Part shown: piece by piece, positions 61,474 through 64,000 of the stretch
Layout: the number at the start of each line of letters is the position of its first letter
Numbering within the stretch: the stretch's first letter is position 1
Assembly (NCBI GenBank): GCA_963749495.1
Contig: CAVVMW010000010.1
Coordinates: 672,001 to 736,000 of the forward strand
Length of the DNA stretch: 64,000 nucleotides
DNA from: an uncultured bacterium
Lineage (GTDB): Bacteria > Verrucomicrobiota > Verrucomicrobiia > Limisphaerales > UBA8199
Direction: 5' to 3'
The notes under the pieces: generated by a model
Databases searched by the model: none
What the model saw: only the letters and a program-made list of their open reading frames with translations
What the model was told of the DNA's origin: nothing
Made by a program: the position numbers and the translations under genes

Positions 61474-63105
61474 ATGAACGAAATCAGCATCCCTCTGGAA
61501 ACTCTCGCCACGTTGACCGCCCTCGAAGGCCGCCCGTTGGCACGCGACGGGAGCCCCGAAACGCTGTGCGTCGACATTGGCTCGCGCTATGACTTTCTGG
61601 ACCGGCCCCTCTCGGTGCAGCTCGAGGATGCGCGGGTACTCATCCGGTGGGCCGAGGAATCCGAAGAGGACCAAGCGCAAGCCGCCCGGCTTTGGGAGCG
61701 GGCGGCCCGGCGCGCCCGCGAAGGGGAGTACCAGCGGGTGGCGGCCCTTTGCCGGCAGGCCCTGCGGTTCCAGCCCTCCTTGCACGCCGCCCGGCGCGAG
61801 TTGGCCCGCGCCTACGTCGAAACGGGCGAGCGCGCTAACGGCCTGGCCACGCTGTGGCAGGCCGTGCGGGCGGACCCGGGTGATGCAGGGGTGATTTTGG
61901 CCCTGGGCAGACTGCGGCTTGGGGATGGTGAACGCGCAACCGCCGAGCGTTTGGCGCGCCTAGCCCTGGAGCGCGAACCCTCCAACCCGGAGGCGCTGGA
62001 CCTCCTGGGGCAGGCCGTGCTCCAGGCCGGCCGGGAAGAGGAGGCCCTGTCTGCCTTTGGCCGGGCGCTGTTGCTGGGTCCGCAACTGCCCGGCCCGCAG
62101 CTCGGAGCCGCGAGGGCCCTGCTTCGGCGAGGTCAGGCGGAGGAATCGCAGGCTCGGCTCGAAGAGCTCTTCAGGCAAGCGGGCCAGATGGGACATCCGG
62201 CCTCTGTCCTCACACCGGCACGGGAGCTCTATGTCGAGATCCAGGAGCACCTCACTCGGCGTGACCTGGGGTTGATGCGGCAGGCCGTGGAGGACTTCCG
62301 GCGGCAGCTCGAGGAGCAGCACGGAGTGCCCATTCGTGAGGTCAATTTCGAAGAGAAAGAGAAAGACCATGGCTGGGTCCAGCTTGCCTGGACCCATGGC
62401 CGGGACCACCACCTGGTCGGCGGCCCACCTTCCCTCCCGGAGCCCGTGCGGCTTCACCTCCTCGCCCAACAACTGCTCCGGGTCCAGTTGGAATCGGAGG
62501 CCTACTGCGCCGGCAGACTCCGCAAGTTCACACCAGGAGCCGCCCAGGAACCCAGGTTCCGGGGCCTTTGCTCCGGCGTCGCCTATGACCTGCGCCGCCA
62601 AGGCTTCCCCCCTCACGTGATCGCCCAGGCCCTGCAAGGGGGTTTGGAGTTTGTCCGGGACTGCCTGTGCAATCTCCCCGTGGACCTGCTGGTTGAAACG
62701 CGACTACGCGCGCAACTGCCCATCCTGGCGCCCGCGCAGTTCCTCGCCCTGCGCCACCTGACGGCCGGATCGAGTGGACTCGACGAGAATGCGGAGATGG
62801 GTCGAGTCCTGCCTCGGCCACTGTGGCTGGCGGTGCTGGCAATGGACGGCACCTTCCGAGTTTTCTGGGATGAGTGCTTCGGCGGGGCCACGGAGTTTGC
62901 GGTGCGCTCTCGAACGTTGCCCACCTTCGATCTCTCCTTGAGGCTCCTGCGCCAATGGGAGGCGAGCTCGGCCCAGCTCCGGCCCGGGGACCATTATCGC
63001 CTGGTGGACGGGTTTGCCTCACTGCTGGGCCTCGAGGGCCTCTACGAGGCGCGGGAATGCCGCTTCGAGCAGCAAGGGACAGGAGAACAAGCCTTCTCCG
63101 CGTAA
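61474..63105 (+). CDS. TPR-repeat protein with unknown C-terminal domain
   Basis: 543 aa; TPR array plus C-domain shared with 46666-47964. Confidence 0.85.
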   Translation: MNEISIPLETLATLTALEGRPLARDGSPETLCVDIGSRYDFLDRPLSVQLEDARVLIRWAEESEEDQAQAARLWERAARRAREGEYQRVAALCRQALRFQPSLHAARRELARAYVETGERANGLATLWQAVRADPGDAGVILALGRLRLGDGERATAERLARLALEREPSNPEALDLLGQAVLQAGREEEALSAFGRALLLGPQLPGPQLGAARALLRRGQAEESQARLEELFRQAGQMGHPASVLTPARELYVEIQEHLTRRDLGLMRQAVEDFRRQLEEQHGVPIREVNFEEKEKDHGWVQLAWTHGRDHHLVGGPPSLPEPVRLHLLAQQLLRVQLESEAYCAGRLRKFTPGAAQEPRFRGLCSGVAYDLRRQGFPPHVIAQALQGGLEFVRDCLCNLPVDLLVETRLRAQLPILAPAQFLALRHLTAGSSGLDENAEMGRVLPRPLWLAVLAMDGTFRVFWDECFGGATEFAVRSRTLPTFDLSLRLLRQWEASSAQLRPGDHYRLVDGFASLLGLEGLYEARECRFEQQGTGEQAFSA

Positions 63106-63388
63106 TGGAGGATTATGCCAACCGCACGCACCTCACCCCGCGCGCCCTCCTCGCAAGAGCCAGCAAAGCCCCCAGCGCCTAACCCATCGAGAAAACATGG
63201 AATGAATCCGAACGACCAGCCATTCAGTGACAGCCGGCAGCAAGCATCACGCATCAACGCGGTGGTGGCCGTTAGGCAGGCCGCTCACGCGGCCCGCCGC
63301 GTCGTGATCGCGGCCAAACGCCTGCGCCGGGCTCTACAGAAAACGCCTCCGGGGAATAACCGGCCGAACGAACAAGTGAAATCCTCGC

Positions 63389-63787
63389 ATGAATCATCTC
63401 GGTAGTCCCTTTAGCCAACGCCGCTCCGAGGCGATGCGCACCGGCGCGTTGCTCGACATCACGGCCACCGCGGTCGCCACCTGCATGGGCATGCCCTCGG
63501 CGGTGAGTCCCACGCTGTGGCGCGCGGTCGCGGACGACGCTCCCTGTCGCGCGGGCGATCCCCGCGTGATATGCCTGTGCTGGTGCGTGTTCCTGGTCGT
63601 CACGGGCAAGGCCTACGACCGGGAGGAGCGCGGCCCTCACCATCGCGTTGTTTGGTTTGAGGCCACCGTCCTGGGCCGGAGGGTGCCCATCAAGGCCATC
63701 GCTCATCGGGATGAGCATTTCGGGCCGGTCATGACCCTGCTCTGCGCCGACGAGCCCGATCCGTTCTCCAAATGGCCCTCGCCATAG
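63389..63787 (+). CDS. DUF6573-like protein
   Basis: R..A...G.L.DIT..A......P.A....LW ... PV.TL....E pattern recalled for DUF6573; not searched. Confidence 0.55.
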   Translation: MNHLGSPFSQRRSEAMRTGALLDITATAVATCMGMPSAVSPTLWRAVADDAPCRAGDPRVICLCWCVFLVVTGKAYDREERGPHHRVVWFEATVLGRRVPIKAIAHRDEHFGPVMTLLCADEPDPFSKWPSP

Positions 63788-63820
63788 ATGCCTGCGGCCA
63801 ACTCAGTTCCCTGTCCTGAT

Positions 63821-64000
63821 ATGAAAAATCTTCAATTCCGCGACGGTGACAAAATCCTCTTCCAGTTCAGCCGGCCCGCCATCGAAGCCGGCGATTTCAG
63901 CGAATTCCTGGAGACGTTCGGCCTGGAGCACCTGCCCACAGGCGCGGCGTTGCGGCCCTTCTTCAACAGCTTCGCTTTCGTGGCCGACGGCTTCGATGGA
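63821..64000 (+). CDS. Partial CDS, possibly CRR6-like domain protein
   Basis: MKNLQFRDGDKILFQFSRPAIEAGDFSEFLETF...FAFVADGFD, open to the window end. Confidence 0.45.
   Translation, partial: MKNLQFRDGDKILFQFSRPAIEAGDFSEFLETFGLEHLPTGAALRPFFNSFAFVADGFDG

Noticed and set aside
1..64000. tRNA, rRNA, integrase/att sites, phage structural genes
   Set aside because: None recognised by eye; a covariance-model scan (tRNAscan-SE, Infernal/Rfam) would be needed to exclude small RNAs.

Overview
GC-rich bacterial DNA whose gene families suggest Verrucomicrobiota (Pedosphaera/Limisphaera-like): TIGR02999-type ECF sigma factors beside Ser/Thr kinase-WD40 genes, a prepilin-type GFTLIELLVVIAII protein, and NHL, delta-60 and LRR secreted proteins. 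The taxonomy is inferred. There are no housekeeping genes, and the window looks like a decaying accessory or ICE/plasmid-like region. Layout: (1) 1-4.1 kb, an inverted, degraded paralogue of the 40.5-46.5 kb cassette. (2) 5.0-8.8 kb, an AGE-epimerase + 2x DJ-1/PfpI + ankyrin/TPP-remnant operon. (3) 8.9-23.9 kb, an IS pile-up (two IS1380-like copies, an IS21 element, a 2.45 kb TIR element, an IS66-like end) fragmenting secreted-protein genes. (4) Three ECF sigma -> kinase-WD40 -> secreted repeat protein modules. (5) 38.5-49.4 kb and 57-64 kb, an unknown cassette with an HTH-metallophosphoesterase, a VirD4/TraD-like ATPase, repeated small unknown families, a response regulator, TPR proteins, an HExxH protein and DUF6573-/CRR6-like genes. 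The most striking signal is a 20-bp palindrome, CCTGCCTGCCGGCAGGCAGG, inserted at three independent sites, all in IS genes, where removing exactly 20 nt restores the frame. A second is a conserved SD + CUG start hidden in the tail of the upstream gene in both cassette copies. Many 1-nt frameshifts and abrupt gene-fragment junctions could be real decay or sequencing/assembly artefacts. All family calls are by motif recognition; no database search was run.
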